Assembly: GCA_041694815.1 (NCBI GenBank)
Contig: JBGFSC010000033.1
Span: 32,001-96,000, forward strand
Length of the DNA stretch: 64,000 nt
Direction of reading: 5' to 3'
Source of the DNA: Elusimicrobiota bacterium
GTDB taxonomy: Bacteria; Elusimicrobiota; Elusimicrobia; UBA1565; JACRDR01
Positions within the stretch are counted from its first letter, which is position 1; every line of letters begins with the position of its first letter. The translations under genes and the position numbers were made by a program. Positions 62,801 through 64,000 of the stretch are shown one piece after another. Below the pieces are notes generated by a model. The model made no database searches, was not told the origin of the DNA, and saw only the letters and a list, made by a program, of their open reading frames with translations.

Positions 62801-64000
62801 CGACGTCGTCGTCACTAATCTCTCGGCCTTCTTCCCGGCCGACGACGTGTTCCCGTCCGTTCCCCAGCGCCTGGTGTTCGCCGACGACCAGACCGACCAG
62901 GCGAATAAGGAGGTCTTCGTCTGCACTGGCATCTCCTTCTCCTCGGGAGCCTTCACCAACTGCATGCCCGGCCAGGACCAGACCACGCGCAAAAACCACG
63001 CCGTCGGCACCGTGATTTCGGGCCCCGCGCGCGTACCCGTGCAAGGCACCGGAGGCGGACAGACGCTCACCGTCTTAAACAAGGACTTCTTCGTGGCTTA
63101 TGACTTGGATCCGTTGGCCACGGTCAACCCTTCGGCCAACCTTGGCGCTATCATCCCGACCACCCATTACTTCCTTATCCAATCCCCGAAGCGGATGCAC
63201 GACAAGGATTCTAATGGCACCGTATCGGTCGGCATCCCGCCGAACGGCAAGACGATGTCCTTGGTGTCCAACGTAGCCGAATACGCGGACAAGATCGTCG
63301 TCGTCGCCTCCAATACGGTCGACGACGTGAATCTGGGCCCCTTCCTGCAGCAGAAATCGACCGGGGCGGTGCTCAATTTCTCGCTTTACACCGACGTCGC
63401 CGACGCCTTATGGCGCTGGGTGATCGTGACGGCCACGGGCACCTCGGCTGCGGCCGGCAATGTCTCCAACGACGTGCAGCTGGTCTCCTTATGGCGTGAC
63501 GCCAACAATAACGGCAGCTTGGACGTTAACGACGTGCTGGTGGGCACGGGGACTTTCGGCAACACCGGCCAGCCGCTCACCTCTCGTGTGCAGCTGAGCA
63601 CGCCGTTTAGGCTGATGACGCAGGCCAAGGCGCCGACCCCGCAGCGCTTCTTCGTCGCTTATTATCTAAGCGCCAACGCGCAGTCCAATGACCCCATCAC
63701 CCAGGCGCCTCGTACCTTAGGGGCGGTGCTCACGGCGGGCTCCTTCCCGCAGAACAATCCCACCGTCGACGATTATTTCGCCAACGCCTTCACCCTGCCC
63801 AATATCTACAATCCCGCTTCCCCGCTTCCCTTCGAGGGCAAGTCGCGGGCCATCATCCCGGCGTCGCAGACGATGTACGTCAAGACGACGCCGATGTTCT
63901 CAAGCTCCAGCGGCACCTTCGTGGCCCCCACGGTGTCCTTCGCCGTGCCGGCCTCCACGCCCGCAGCGGTGGACGCCGCTTGGGTGATCACCTCATCGGC
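26886..64000 (+). CDS. Giant secreted multi-Ig-like repeat protein (>12,370 aa, 3'-truncated by window edge)
   Basis: ATG 26886 MARPIALLAGLLLAPSFCWA signal peptide. No + strand ORF in the track after 26886 starts in this frame, as expected if it has no stop. Spot translations throughout and at the window end (AAVDAAWVITSS) are in frame and give repeating D.xP..GTA.D...YW.G..W...RA.D.AGN units. Confidence 0.92.
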   Translation, partial: MARPIALLAGLLLAPSFCWAVPQDISGGISTAEPGSRKVFYHESYDRTWVFYQNSLSKFAYQSYDGVNWTADTQVFPAADVSAAGCTGTPGPVGSIWYVASSTRVYAIAGEDSANETNDNTNANYPNKVYLRRGDLNSDGTITWGSVACRARDITFDGGLGDYLAGMSVSIAVPEDETANGGNNLMWVAHFRRRTTVFRQAPAGQNQITAATLGGGVDLQDGHALQEASNANGFESVVPINDAGTWKFLVGNNDRSDQSDPIVDRFVVSAAARELGGELDPTGPGINNNAYSVSLAPEGASSIVHAAYVDSSGRIAYQRRTGAGTWAAAIVVDACAAVNSSPCKNPSVAYVPDPATFNRVYIVYLSSYGAVNYAVGPATATAAGEFTVIQGWQSSGSNPIVPVKSTAPAPLAVVWNDASPQAKIDFIITSGYASPTVSSVAESPGKAWLSSNKFDLLITGSNFLDLGGTKKPKVKLLENGADQSAITVTSTTFVNASTLRASIVLIAPTTSYDVRVINPDAKFTVFQDTVTISSPTLSSLTDADGNILSGGIFPNNNGTTAMTRDVTVNGSNFQNWGSSVPKVSVVSGISLYAITGLSSNSFVARLKISTTTVAGTYALTVQNPDNQSVTQSSTFTVTRPSATINYPIEGNGLLGGFTTGFATLNGVADYDTTGDGLGDSVAGITQNTSDIRIVSLGGAGCPANGYLWNGSGFAAPGSFADQEQEWQAASAPSPWAYSTLNMNLFQAVDTEGCPFRLESRGRSSDGGRSMASGAGIVTLTMDRKRPVIDVTSPPGGQIINTADNIFMVFSDVSGVKKVEFTLQADTETARYWTGSSWTANEMWLSTPASPQMQFNPPTASNNVTIRTITDDLKRPAWVDGWKYRIKARATDRLEQLGYAPGGASAPTETVFFYDVSAPTVTLESQWLNVSTCTVASGCATSWKRSVPSIGGGISDNVSILEAIHNPNVKLRIFDITATNLYLDTGTLSFTNIAAGNAWFDAKKSGGHANCSVNGSAGTWNCSFSAVPVGGSCGAQGGPGCGWQNGREYRIEVYGLDGAGNSTGTAASPLFTRYFKFDADNPTITIDYPIEGGLYGLNGTNDPRGSSGDSTSGVDYVEYRLEYPGSGGLTKWTKGVTGSCSGGAKGPNDWCDQTAAIWNIAGTTTTVPYAVWHASEATNAGKWVNGEQYALIARVVDKAGNFSVTYATVTFKLDSSSPVASVSFPGASTFFSAQIGGVNGFVQDYPLTTRQSGIDLMKIGIQRLGDGFWWNGASGWQATRNDPAQAVVQGSPGENTAWSHANFGGFWSNITWSSETFRVYAWAQDKVDQPSSAYRNVESSQTLDQTFYYDVMSPTSSVIAPINNQWYSAVSGYDLSYILGTATDRPASGPGSGNTIFRAYAEIRYPDDGDANKCWGGTAFDKQCYQDGGATCGSAASSWQEMTISGSSWTFPVQAGGGALWTAMTDGKTYQVRVCSLDNAADSTGASNFSSRNKETNFTSNVNEKSLRVDKSGPSSLIQSPNQAEVSILTTISGTASDGNSGIFHVRVAYYGETEANWWNPVTRAFDLGGASSNPPDSAFIAASTQTLNPVPWEVSGASIPAMVNGQFYRIFAAGQDQVSNTTTFPGHGSYTNPPTQSSFIRIKRVAAAPTSAINVPGAGEPHYKPSGGQSLTSISGSLADATTLQIRLTNVSAEPDQVWTGASWVSTVTYLAGCTNTTYVVGQSTCGFIGADNTTWSESVSALPWPAGTNRIQCEARAATESPLVVQNEPFPSRLFVIDGDNPNNTLTEPNAAYERWLSTITGIATDIGLGVISNVEIALSTASQSSYWNGSGSWVVGPAIWLGATANSPPFDSNNEAWSRSSGLPAFENNKTYEIQVRLTEKSGRTFLFPQPGPTFNFTIDTASPTARILAPVVNSGIRSLPQLWGTAADNGQNQSVQIAIQKLSATPLWYDGADFLVPGSNPNWIFIQNGINGFLSADATSWTYAPAGVDGDFTGGFEYLVLTRSTDVAGNIQDTFAADVSSRVIRIDKRAPESYGSFPVDDGDGASGRYRSSLVGQTGNSTHIRGTAQDPAEGSTPSAGVFATQLRLSYLSGGTSYYWTGTTFSSWTVTQNSAWNSALVTGSAPTWNWDYLVNIDFNEVDGAAQPAVDREYRLEMRSEDASRLADGSGAGNVETPSNPPADTLHFIVDDSTPAVLITTPSAAALGSLSEISGTAAAALSGHRRTELKISTGTGASTRYWTGSTWTANEHWITTARLGQSSWTYTVPANLFDGDLPLTEYTFIARTLDYAGNYSSLYSTKTLVHDDVAPYAAVGFPISGGFYNAAGIVTSSGSVSDSAAGNTGITDVRIVLKRVDPPVGYWKQSDNTFPPGIQRSTVNIFTSSWTVAMPALFSNVSYRMWVEATDGAGNIYWANANASQAAADTDIGNNVGGVPFLYDNDVPLSVTTSPANNALIRSQLSAIAGTSIDGLGSSGLSTSAGDQFRFRLLRSSGPPGNYQYWQGGASWGSVADFFITPVEIDAANKKFSWIQALPAGAFLDDGREYKTRIRARDQANNTESEKEYRFIFDSSVPDSKITSPAHDSFINATAFTISGTADDRINYGQGQDFEAGLAVNGASVAVQRLSDNQWWSGTAFNQSSPFWSSATFVGASSGTFSYAITLTADTSYYVVARALDLAGNLETDLSTNTFTVDLQNPTSRSTSPTGTLNQMTAIYGTASDLLPGQLDGILLNIVQTAGTGSPQTWTDTGWTAGDSSIWVGTGTIGALITGTTYAWSFSGSTIAWLADSSYKVSTRARDKAGNYRPIPGSPDITFSLAGPLSGITTPSNGAPHFKSAALTSILGTAINSSTAAVRLTQAGPDHAFAVGNDDLAWHSGLGWVSTNTFNGYIGVTSYNGAPDPDTWSYSFLAANWQNNRKYKAESIGRTLSPAVDQSVFTGAETREFIIDDSAPSAAVTLPSALYYRAGQLPNFTGTITDTVPGAANSASVRFRLLRMKDSYEWNGSTFAASGIDLVPTDQGGGNYSFANSTGDAVFEDGLLYKVRITAQDLATNQTVVEQPSPNGFRFDVSKPTATISVPKAGYVINSLPQLSGTAADFMSGSGNYQGSGVSGVNVYLQNLANGSYFNGSGFLSATPVPLAASFYAPSGTWTYTSGSLESSLTDGLYSLYVEAADNAGNVQVNFTANNSSRTFAIDKTAPSRAITTPVSQAYTPAAIFSANVTGTNTDSVVNSTAAGADFVELQLWYVVGVSSYYWSGSWSTTISTLQASGASWSLLAQQPPQTGANSWARGADAVDTERRYYVRVRAHDKSTLGDGSVSPSTGNVSSWSSPLGFIVDPILPVSSVTTPSNGSFASALPSISGTADGGLSGLGSPGGVVVRITTNPSTGPDWNGSAYSFTGVPIFRSVTVTGNSWSYPGSTGDNLTGAFQDHNVYYVYSKATDGAGNPESGMFVSTVTIDASAPSLSISHPSTPPNPPFYSNNTESTRKSTYTWGAISDPAPVPSGVTQVWVAIASGSSLNVWWSTTTNSFSVNQTAVHWSTQVYVPGAARWEYYPPWTLSDQISYKVFVRASDGAGNWTGNIVNPGDAGELSQQFKYDILRPTGTVSGPANGSNVKSLAAFSGSAADPGGSAGSGIQIVYAGVKKTSVIPNEWWNWGTKQFDSGLSDPPALSPLSAAWTQVATTSAQGFNSVGWSTPVPVNMLVSSNTYQVVVAAVDWATNRPPDAEPTLSGAGANFRYDTQAPVVAATFPVSGLAYNAASLTPLAGTAADNTTGNSGVQSVQILLKNSVTNSYWSGSGNIFDAPPSGYSNWVTMSGKETWSRSWPSLDSNVKYILWVRGSDNAVNISTYPAYPADQGRLDANQNIDGSVAINFIYDTDPPVSKMTSPQPGAYIQNPAVLATVSGTAYSDVANVSGASYVDQVRLNLYCSGCAAGDVPGWWTGGGWSTTQPDPPQFAASGPPGSPSVNWSFSFSNSWAEGYQYIVYSRARDFATNLESPQAQGGFIVDLSTPSASLVSPANNVFYVSVSSVTGSADDRFCTFNPALCVVNNRDKQAGIAGSSVTVVIQRLSDYKYWSGTAFDSTVPVWSSANFVGMSSGTWSYSINPSFLVDGSSFAVTARAKDQAGNLQLSYSTNVFTIDSQAPTSMATAPATTVDVMTPIYGTASDPAIGVLDGVLLNIVQTVGNGSPQTWTDTGWVAGNSSIWVGTGTIGALITGTTYAWSFSGSTITWLSNSTYQIKTRARDKAGNYRPVPGSADLSFSISGPLSGITTPSNGAPHFKSAALTSILGTAINSSTAAVRLTQAGPDHAFAVGNDDLAWHSGLGWVSTNTFNGYIGVTSYNGAPDPDTWSYSFLAANWQNNRKYKAESIGRTLSPAVDQSVFTGAETREFIIDDSAPSAAVTLPSALYYRAGQLPNFTGTITDTVPGAANSASVRFRLLRMKDSYEWNGSTFAASGIDLVPTDQGGGNYSFANSTGDAVFEDGLLYKVRITAQDLATNQTVVEQPSPNGFRFDVSKPTATISVPKAGYVINSLPQLSGTAADFMSGSGNYQGSGVSGVNVYLQNLANGSYFNGSGFLSATPVPLAASFYAPSGTWTYTSGSLESSLTDGLYSLYVEAADNAGNVQVNFTANNSSRTFAIDKTAPSRAITTPVSQAYTPAAIFSANVTGTNTDSVVNSTAAGADFVELQLWYVVGVSSYYWSGSWSTTISTLQASGASWSLLAQQPPQTGANSWARGADAVDTERRYYVRVRAHDKSTLGDGSVSPSTGNVSSWSSPLGFIVDPILPVSSVTTPSNGSFASALPSISGTADGGLSGLGSPGGVVVRITTNPSTGPDWNGSAYSFTGVPIFRSVTVTGNSWSYPGSTGDNLTGTFQDNNIYYVYSKATDAAGNPEAGMFVSTVTIDASAPTAAIHRPAAPAGSPYSNVSVSTRKILLSSGAVSDNGAGASGVSVVWLAISSGSGASAKWWSDGTQSFSVGPQLAVSWSTQVYQGGSSWSYGPASFASAFQNGNYYTVFLRAQDKVGNWTGNIVNPGDAGQISQQFLYDDVVPATTIQAPWGAFMNSSTTTLWGTAADVGLVNSDVLDVKLAVRQGAAWWNFQTNAGFNVADPSDINGAAWSTTTVTSLGGGQWKWQLPFSTANYTSGTSYQIVARGKDKATNITIGAPPTSEGTTFLYDNGAPLINSTFPANAQAYNAARLEPLAGTASDASTGNSGVQTVRILLKNKNLNSYWSGSGSTFDSPPGGYSNWVTMTGTGTWSRALPTLSDNQQYVLWMRAHDFATNVSTYPAYPADQARLDSNQSMDGSAALTFTYDNSLPVSKLTSPKPGSAVANTGAVATISGTAYTDAPNTITGSVVDQVLINLHCSGCATGNVPGWWNGASWDSGAEPNPPLFGAALALPNWSYSAFPSGIWLDGYRYTIYSRARDAAQNLESPEAAGAFVVDRSTPLSKPDFPADNGFTNASAVTLTGTANDRFCEINPGLCINGVRSFEAGVATVSVLVQQMDGINNYFWDGGSFASAAPVWSTAPFVGMSSGTWSYALPAAQLSTPMRYKASVRVEDKAGNIQTSAVITTNTWVRDLTPPVSIATAPAGQFSGVSSIHGTARDASPGELDVVLLSIQETACSNPSGNCHVNQYWNGSTWTVGQVWLASGTIGSLISGTTYAWTMNASSILWDNKSTFTVIAAARDKAGVVEATHSSPDITFYIETPEATIALNQPPSPGGASYQSNAATVIQINGTGTNMKLSGGVQLHLKRLSEPTSYWYDLSQRWVNDASTYTPVNVIDGSPQTWNYSLNFPYSVNNSSYILTVTPVNNANQAGSGPKTALFYIDNSAPVSAVTSPSGPSCGGANGCLNTFAVSIAGNSSDPGNINPLPTIVQSGVKLRVKNNVTGDYWNGANFVGSVSEIGVGPLSGGPPTFSWSTGPYIGGLRDGVDYTIYAHAQDTAGNDTVSEGQMTSFSFVYDTSPPTGYLVLPSSGFAYGNLTTISGTSADAAGANPNNRRSDMDRVELQIFDPKNNFCWRSDNSWGGCPSWVTAAGTAPWSYSNANLIAPNLVSGNQYIITARGVDKVGNTQGVFAVPDSSHTVAIDTVAPTIGLIVPADGQAYVSGALNGGTALSGTAADAQAGLHPSGDALQSVELVLWYLHDSPTPGTSYYFTGSIGSNGTKFSSNTVESSNWKVAASTANWSLQFFAADWVLDRRYYIKARATDKSRNPNGTLNGNQTSVFTQGKNLVSFVVDDIAPVSRSTFPAPNSYVQNLNFISGTSNADLSGASTYYLRIVYLAAGDTYYWNGTGWGAANVQTQLPIQIPNSTGTLHWSYPVSWHTSPDMTGRPDGTIFFVAMQAKDKAGNLETPTTIQVTLQTNPPAVSISTPMASMPYYGAARPLDPLRGTSADSISGVKEVRVQISNLSDGTKWNNSSWQVLASSFNIATGTNPWTYAAPSWVNNKSYRVDVQADNFAGVSSNPAAGVLFTYDVNAPSSAIQVPSLAWYPQGQPSSLSGTAQDWVHYPSTQAKSGLQHVEIAITNQAGDYWQGGCPGSFAAGASWRWVSTTTADPASWSYPPSVPAGDCIPPWQNNQQYTVQVRAYDNTGNPENTPYQTRTFRYDAFKPTTTVTEPANASYVQSISTFSGSYTENESGVASIKIAIKNQANNCWDGSGFALDCSVAPPASAWFNAAVHTSTWSYYSPNFAAYFAALSVPVQFYVYAAGQDVAGNLNRSTTTTLTNGSANVSFFIDHFPPESRTTAPAAGYSQNLVASIAGTANELNLSNEAGLSGTTAVGLRVSATDGNGTIRYWDGIDWSLTDQGFNVPIDAGYSGGTPGGTQMSWSHNATYLPVSQFREGLSYRISSRARDLSLPPNYEGTSITTITFLIDRSTPTAAFLVPISTNIGQPVYISTSNFSLSSGTLADPNFTLGAPFNAPSVPSGISAVDFQIEDVSASIPDCTGACKWWNPNTPGWQSTEFSSSAALYQSSWTFASMPDWTRGFSNADGRQYALRTRARDRAGNQGAFPNTLTSVVKVVFDPTRPASGITSPADGSIANSLDSISGTSSDPLVNGSSSGVKAAHLSIQSDPANTQNPGLFWNSAGNNWVSARVWNATTLSGTNWTYTSAALTSNLKVDDFYILISSVVDNAGNQQNSLPVSGSPGYSRVRYQPPPAATTVSVPQSLGYYNKLSLFQGTANGNTVKNELQLIRKDTGRCWGDSLGWVDCAVDVATATRVVFPSGGNWSYPPGVESMPNWAALNNSSFTFRERGLNSAGIPEAWQQVEFFIDMSSPVSSVALPANNSFVNGNPVLGGSVSDPVLNGVAAGILNPNGVKLRLKRTDNNYYWDAAVSTWVAPVTASTAAYWIAGASWTFASSSPTLTWMNGLSYTLDVFGVDKAIGGAQGNTEVPAPAISFTYDVVPPQVGVARPGAVKERDLAVLTGTASDAAPGLLQRVQVRVQQQNGSAYWHPTDHTFTEPNGELAWFTATSSNSWADWHVSSSSILTFVDGSTYTIIARSQDRAGNYAAVYDSNTVVYDSLPPISGILTPANNSFVNTLPKIEGTVSDYPAVNPGLIQVMKVRLRRLSDGTYWNGSDFIVAISTLSSASAQVSIWPSSWSVVTSWIPTAAKLNSGTSYYISSAGTDDSGDGNIEAWGNPQSSIFTYGNSPATTTISVPVSGRIYGALTSFSGAGFSDVGLSTVTLMLKDNTNGKCYSEITSTFTAVCPSVFSAQGSTSAWTYLLNSPPWSHAHSYVLSSSATDRAGNTQLALSSAPFTFDLRAATAAITQPSGQYLNLAQSSMLQGTATDSPAGVAEFRIALSSANGALGSWYNGVSFNGDSAASTYQSASLYTPGSPDNWQRTLSGMTDGGSYLVNVRLRDGATPYNQSITTFTFVYDVTPPTATITSPPHDSYQKLGFTTIAGGSADPVGPGGSASNVSTISVSIQQMGGNCYVMGGGFTAGCPNWIAASGSPGSWTFTPNPTPFSDGVRYIVNARATDNAGNPQTAFAVGTSSNTFTYDLAIPVVGFTVPGTSGREKDFSIFRGTASVASPAVLAAAQFRVLRLSGVQQYMDPGNPPSYGFNLDPGTQSEIAWFNAQSTSSVKWTEWFLSSGSSFASGQTYRFETRAQTSAGNYSNNYSSVTVVYDTDPPFTNVQTPVHLSTVSSLGFIWGTAYDQPVNPLSSGTISTMRVYLRRASDGAYWDGGAWNGNPSILSAAHQVKIWRSSWTMGANLPNNSQLVSGASYYITTSGIDNALPGGNTENFFQPPKSSTFTVDLDVPGSSVTSITNGQVLSSLSSISGTAEDLLAGISGASQIAVKMEEISPNNGCWNGAIVGGTFTAASCPAAFYAITSGDIGGTYSPVSKFWSMSAPPLANQMTYRISVRATDNATPTGNTPSGAAISSITFTYNTSLPQTGVSFPPTLPAAGGNLSAAFTITGTASDPFGVVAASFSIQEVDTSMYYDAATSTFSSVAQKWLAVGALGGTNPNRSFSVAAPAIAATSGRNYNIQSKAINTAGTEGTGAIVSIKYDTTKPAATAATPPNGGYINFLSSVTGSSSDPGALNSGVAGNQVQIQRDDGSCWSGAVWGACGTTWLTANAGTPAAWRLTTQLPPSNNQNSGLEDGRQYTVSARAFDVAGNTQTATTSNSFRFDVSSPTLSIQVPANGQWYNGLAQISGQSQDNFNIRFPEVRIYDIALGKYWKDGTGWVDSGFGYPEIWNLSIDSTSTNGVLNWRYDASAIGWFNGANRFRVDVKSFDAAGNFTLAQSTFSYNVLPPYASISYPQPGLTFSSMTALSGISTGTVADIQSVGIKISYFSGGTTYYYTAGVPHWNTTDPGYLAITGSGGPPATNNPWSYTNPQAVDFNNPTSGNYAWRQGTHNGSNGHLFTISVRATDVSGLSQVGVTTTSFRFDNVPPTTMPIQPSTNSAFTINALNVIKGTTFDDVAGVQSAAVSILGQDEPGGAKYFDGTGFNSAGQLWLAITPANLYPSSFSYSNASLNWIDGRHYVVSSTATDKIGNIQSAVASARVLIDTTPAVSSVLNPGNAVTRPNTLILSGNSSDPGFSSGQATDIEGTGSGVVPRFPWAAGKVELLVFRDTGTALSGPGPVNFGGWDSDGFFWNGSTWVAASAGQTWVQAAFNGDTGAWEYNGLVCVSTSIPCWVNGQQYVAWVRASDNAGNLQSAISAGPLFFISADAKSFDMSVSVNPMNAGADVTLTVTAKDDINGGGGIARGYQGTVNFSIDSGAGPETMDNDDTPDDNFGLPKSYAFTIGAGADNGTHNFTIRLRKAGARIIRVQDSVNSGIFGDEPVTVNPIAAERVQLIADNPTGQQHSPGKTSSPQGRTGSPATKTAGNSVSYLVQVVDRYWNLIVSSAASVTISDSDPYNDALSPDATLNFVGSTTFNRTFVTASPSGHVVQATGQGAYPNNSNPATAVPVQGKVRDRLLALWPGETREQGKYTAAPYGKSGTVEDLLAGTTFALRVYAVDEYYNTDLGAGDSITASLPTDPNAAALTQAFVSGTTTFALKPIMAGSDTAKVNTLAALANATYYFTPNQATVWWNLPVKLQLIAEGQAAGPGLAPYDADPTTGGRSDPTPAVLTAGVTTQITVNLVDTYFNVVKGTHPFIPQTSSVTMPLAQLEFINDPYIVPRFAPLTQKSLVKGTTTFSFIPAKRSGSLGLRIRDTQATGTSYSTDTVSNITVNPGVAVGLQVLVSSSPAPNTPGEVAQEGSVAGKTGSPGPLIAGDTYYIVVNAVDALNNRVNDGSADRLVNLLSNDPWANWTGPLNLALGQVTFTDFVPSASTGNLTVSAIDASAFNPKLSTQTSSNITVNPGSPKRLLIVMPGETLQGGKTTPPVGVTGSPADQLAGEAFTASVYATDDRYNRVTGVAKPSINITSNDSHAATIGSYSMSNGSAAITGITLRTAGARTLTATDGGGGGPALSTVVSSSFTLTPRPATRLRVILPSESRDPGSTTNGRTGSSYSLTAGSTLTVTVDLTDSLWNLTPGTSQEIRLTCDDPFASITPSTAVVVSSKTFQVNVKRAGTTHVTAQLLVGPPPAWGPNLASDTSTDINVSPGTPSRLLVLLPGESFDQGSPTGKVNTPSAQTAGTQFNVVVGVIDEYKNLVTGRAADVQIVPGLDPYAAAVATKAINTSVGYTPSMPVTLKYATTGQYFTATDVTPPSGSGLSSDPQSSTFTVNAALPVGLQVLMPGQTAVPGSGNYPNGGRTGSVSTPTAGVSFNVTVNLVDPYMNVYKGAGTFPNVYLNSDDVNAVNSSTMSLSNGSVNVPMTLVTKRNNTTIRAYPRDQAADKVCTGNASPYICRNDSPAAVTPAFKVYAATATQFQVLLPGETPVPGQCNVQPSVVCRTLTGSQRPGKNGLPNSQVVPTGFNVTVNLVDDYFNLCTNLTGNGQDTNPPVATMPIVQVRSPSDSAMVSVPSGGQQLEFGTWDFSVTPFAALSTYTIVASTTASSAMSISSASSAEVWTLPGVAHHLHWANMPSVVTAGSLFSGDIIAHDQFHNRLSTGPNVYKDTVTVTGPNNPAPQNINPITVLFGTGDQGLRTINNLTLKKAGTNQSLVGTQNTNNLIHTAVASFSDPIPAITVNAGPASAITVDPPANQVVNVRAGSFSSPGFKTFTAQISDSFGNAVQAATTAYLQLVSVVGTPGTIRYSSNTWINMGVSTTVVSDNKGRIGKNTDSDNTNMPLALFVSPTVPDSTRIWIGTMTFPGGDLTPYINTRINISGTFATIGGDPRTLVFVSSPTSPVLVDEVPASGADFIIERRDDFGNATDSGQTDVTLNLPAAQVQAHTAAGFTAGVSFTIQGDYGFMDTGNNYIPSLSFLEGIKQVSFRYRDKMSSYAGPSVSSNTGFGGRPGAWTLEIVPTSIGVSSISFNLQMEPKDPFQLGFGNPKRTLQAGKPRDAGNKLHSFQAQIHDRFRNPRVPVTPINVFVSTVTRTPSKFADSFSFSLSSTLAAGSPPAFAASTDTLSFPLDRYETTFYYLDTMASSSYPPGQTAPVIGLWDKATVLFSTSQAVNITPEVIQAIRVRPSTSTALLAGTTSEMMVFELQDQFGNPSALQSGQEDLGPSPCPFPCVEFQLTSDSNGKKQFSSPNVGAFKNSTGTAYMAIGQAATTFYLIDDMVSPTTWTLTVETVRSHGWTKGISTYTVKPGPPVLALFTTPQRYLIAGTTVQLSTATQQPIPTPITLRLVDAFGNVTSSSWAAHTANFYSNFTGSTRGGIDPTQTVVDGANWPLIAASSLPVTIPANSNSATVYVWDTVVSTLPLMASVIRQDGYALPLSSQSVFITPAKADYITIYHPFPVTAPLKVNTPGILTRNVGGKNLGVVMRDRYGNIASGHPINKQHFSGAVVFSTNRSTKTVSLVDTTNSTTTPRMYVFNGESDATPGIYNGLQIQDSMVSELQVFATAYANAAIWGRTNDASRSFNNSPPPPSSAFSDGNVFTAGLVVTPTDMAPEQDPATGLVVAHKQSFQSRAVLRQGDGTTSNSPDPVQMLRLSFNILPSTPTLNAKLSAIRVLKTGFLATDKVPEVALYYDENHDGLFQSGSDVRIATAAFDGSGWRFGDPSYNLTPLNVADPGRTFVAGVNTEAMNFFLTVRISSAGYGATELPSSLGMSIPSPSYVTLTGDSLTGVAENNFSILTATSVVQRAPAQIYVKGTDINAWWSPPSLSLSSYNYVDQGASFVGVLKLQMWTPSFTGTLGRVHVIHTGTGLDIDIKRLHLFVDCDTNGNIANGDGKFQASIDKEITDPAILVKFTTNTPRAADLVLKVDPNDSNNYSFRTITQSTITYFVVYDYEPAAVAYLDHGTQVGTADIVPLGGDGDVVPFSTILTTNVYVRPTADLAAVEKVNNPGTGNAAAVPASITQADANQPVMKLTLRTLSGAASWSGLKLDRWVPSSLSGSVILNKAADVKNIQIWADVNGNGLLDPTTDQIVSPLSGIVHNFPQSTLGVAISSTQAGPLDVVVTNLSAFFPADDVFPSVPQRLVFADDQTDQANKEVFVCTGISFSSGAFTNCMPGQDQTTRKNHAVGTVISGPARVPVQGTGGGQTLTVLNKDFFVAYDLDPLATVNPSANLGAIIPTTHYFLIQSPKRMHDKDSNGTVSVGIPPNGKTMSLVSNVAEYADKIVVVASNTVDDVNLGPFLQQKSTGAVLNFSLYTDVADALWRWVIVTATGTSAAAGNVSNDVQLVSLWRDANNNGSLDVNDVLVGTGTFGNTGQPLTSRVQLSTPFRLMTQAKAPTPQRFFVAYYLSANAQSNDPITQAPRTLGAVLTAGSFPQNNPTVDDYFANAFTLPNIYNPASPLPFEGKSRAIIPASQTMYVKTTPMFSSSSGTFVAPTVSFAVPASTPAAVDAAWVITSS
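35352..37163 (+). repeat. Intragenic direct repeat copy 1 (1812 bp, apparently identical to 39693-41504)
   Basis: Offset 4341 bp; ORF-track translations in several frames are identical at this offset (35888/40229, 36544/40885, 36617/40958). Confidence 0.92.
39693..41504 (+). repeat. Intragenic direct repeat copy 2
   Basis: Matches 35352-37163; first mismatch at 41505 versus 37164. Confidence 0.92.

Noticed and set aside
27291..63991. Many ORF-track calls in this region, including long minus-strand ORFs (50418-53516, 43068-45146, 40008-42056)
   Set aside because: Shadow frames of the giant + strand gene; Arg/Gly-rich translations with no motifs, typical of high-GC antisense frames

Overview
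High-GC bacterial chromosomal window; every supported gene is on the + strand. Gene content is reminiscent of Elusimicrobiota or a related lineage, but that is inference only. (1) 1-7.7 kb: a partial GlpT/UhpT-like MFS transporter, tpiA and a bacterial microcompartment locus of the sugar-phosphate-utilisation type (PduL, aldehyde dehydrogenase, RpiB-family, DeoC, 2 BMC-H, 1 BMC-T, 3 BMC-P, a zinc-ribbon protein and a small protein). (2) 7.7-15.5 kb: a PilT/PilU ATPase, a Pro-rich protein, a degenerate DnaA-like AAA+ protein, a GAF histidine kinase and a four-lipoprotein operon ending in a CsgG-family gene. (3) 15.7-25.2 kb: comM/yifB, LysM, TPR, XRE, dprA, topA, xerC, a hypothetical gene and purA, with two copies of a palindromic intergenic repeat. 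(4) 25.2-64 kb: a sigma70 promoter and a c-di-GMP-I riboswitch precede a HEAT-repeat gene and a giant secreted Ig-repeat protein gene. That gene starts at 26886 and runs off the window end (more than 12,370 codons). It is absent from the supplied ORF track and contains an apparently exact 1.8 kb internal duplication within a ~4.3 kb super-repeat.
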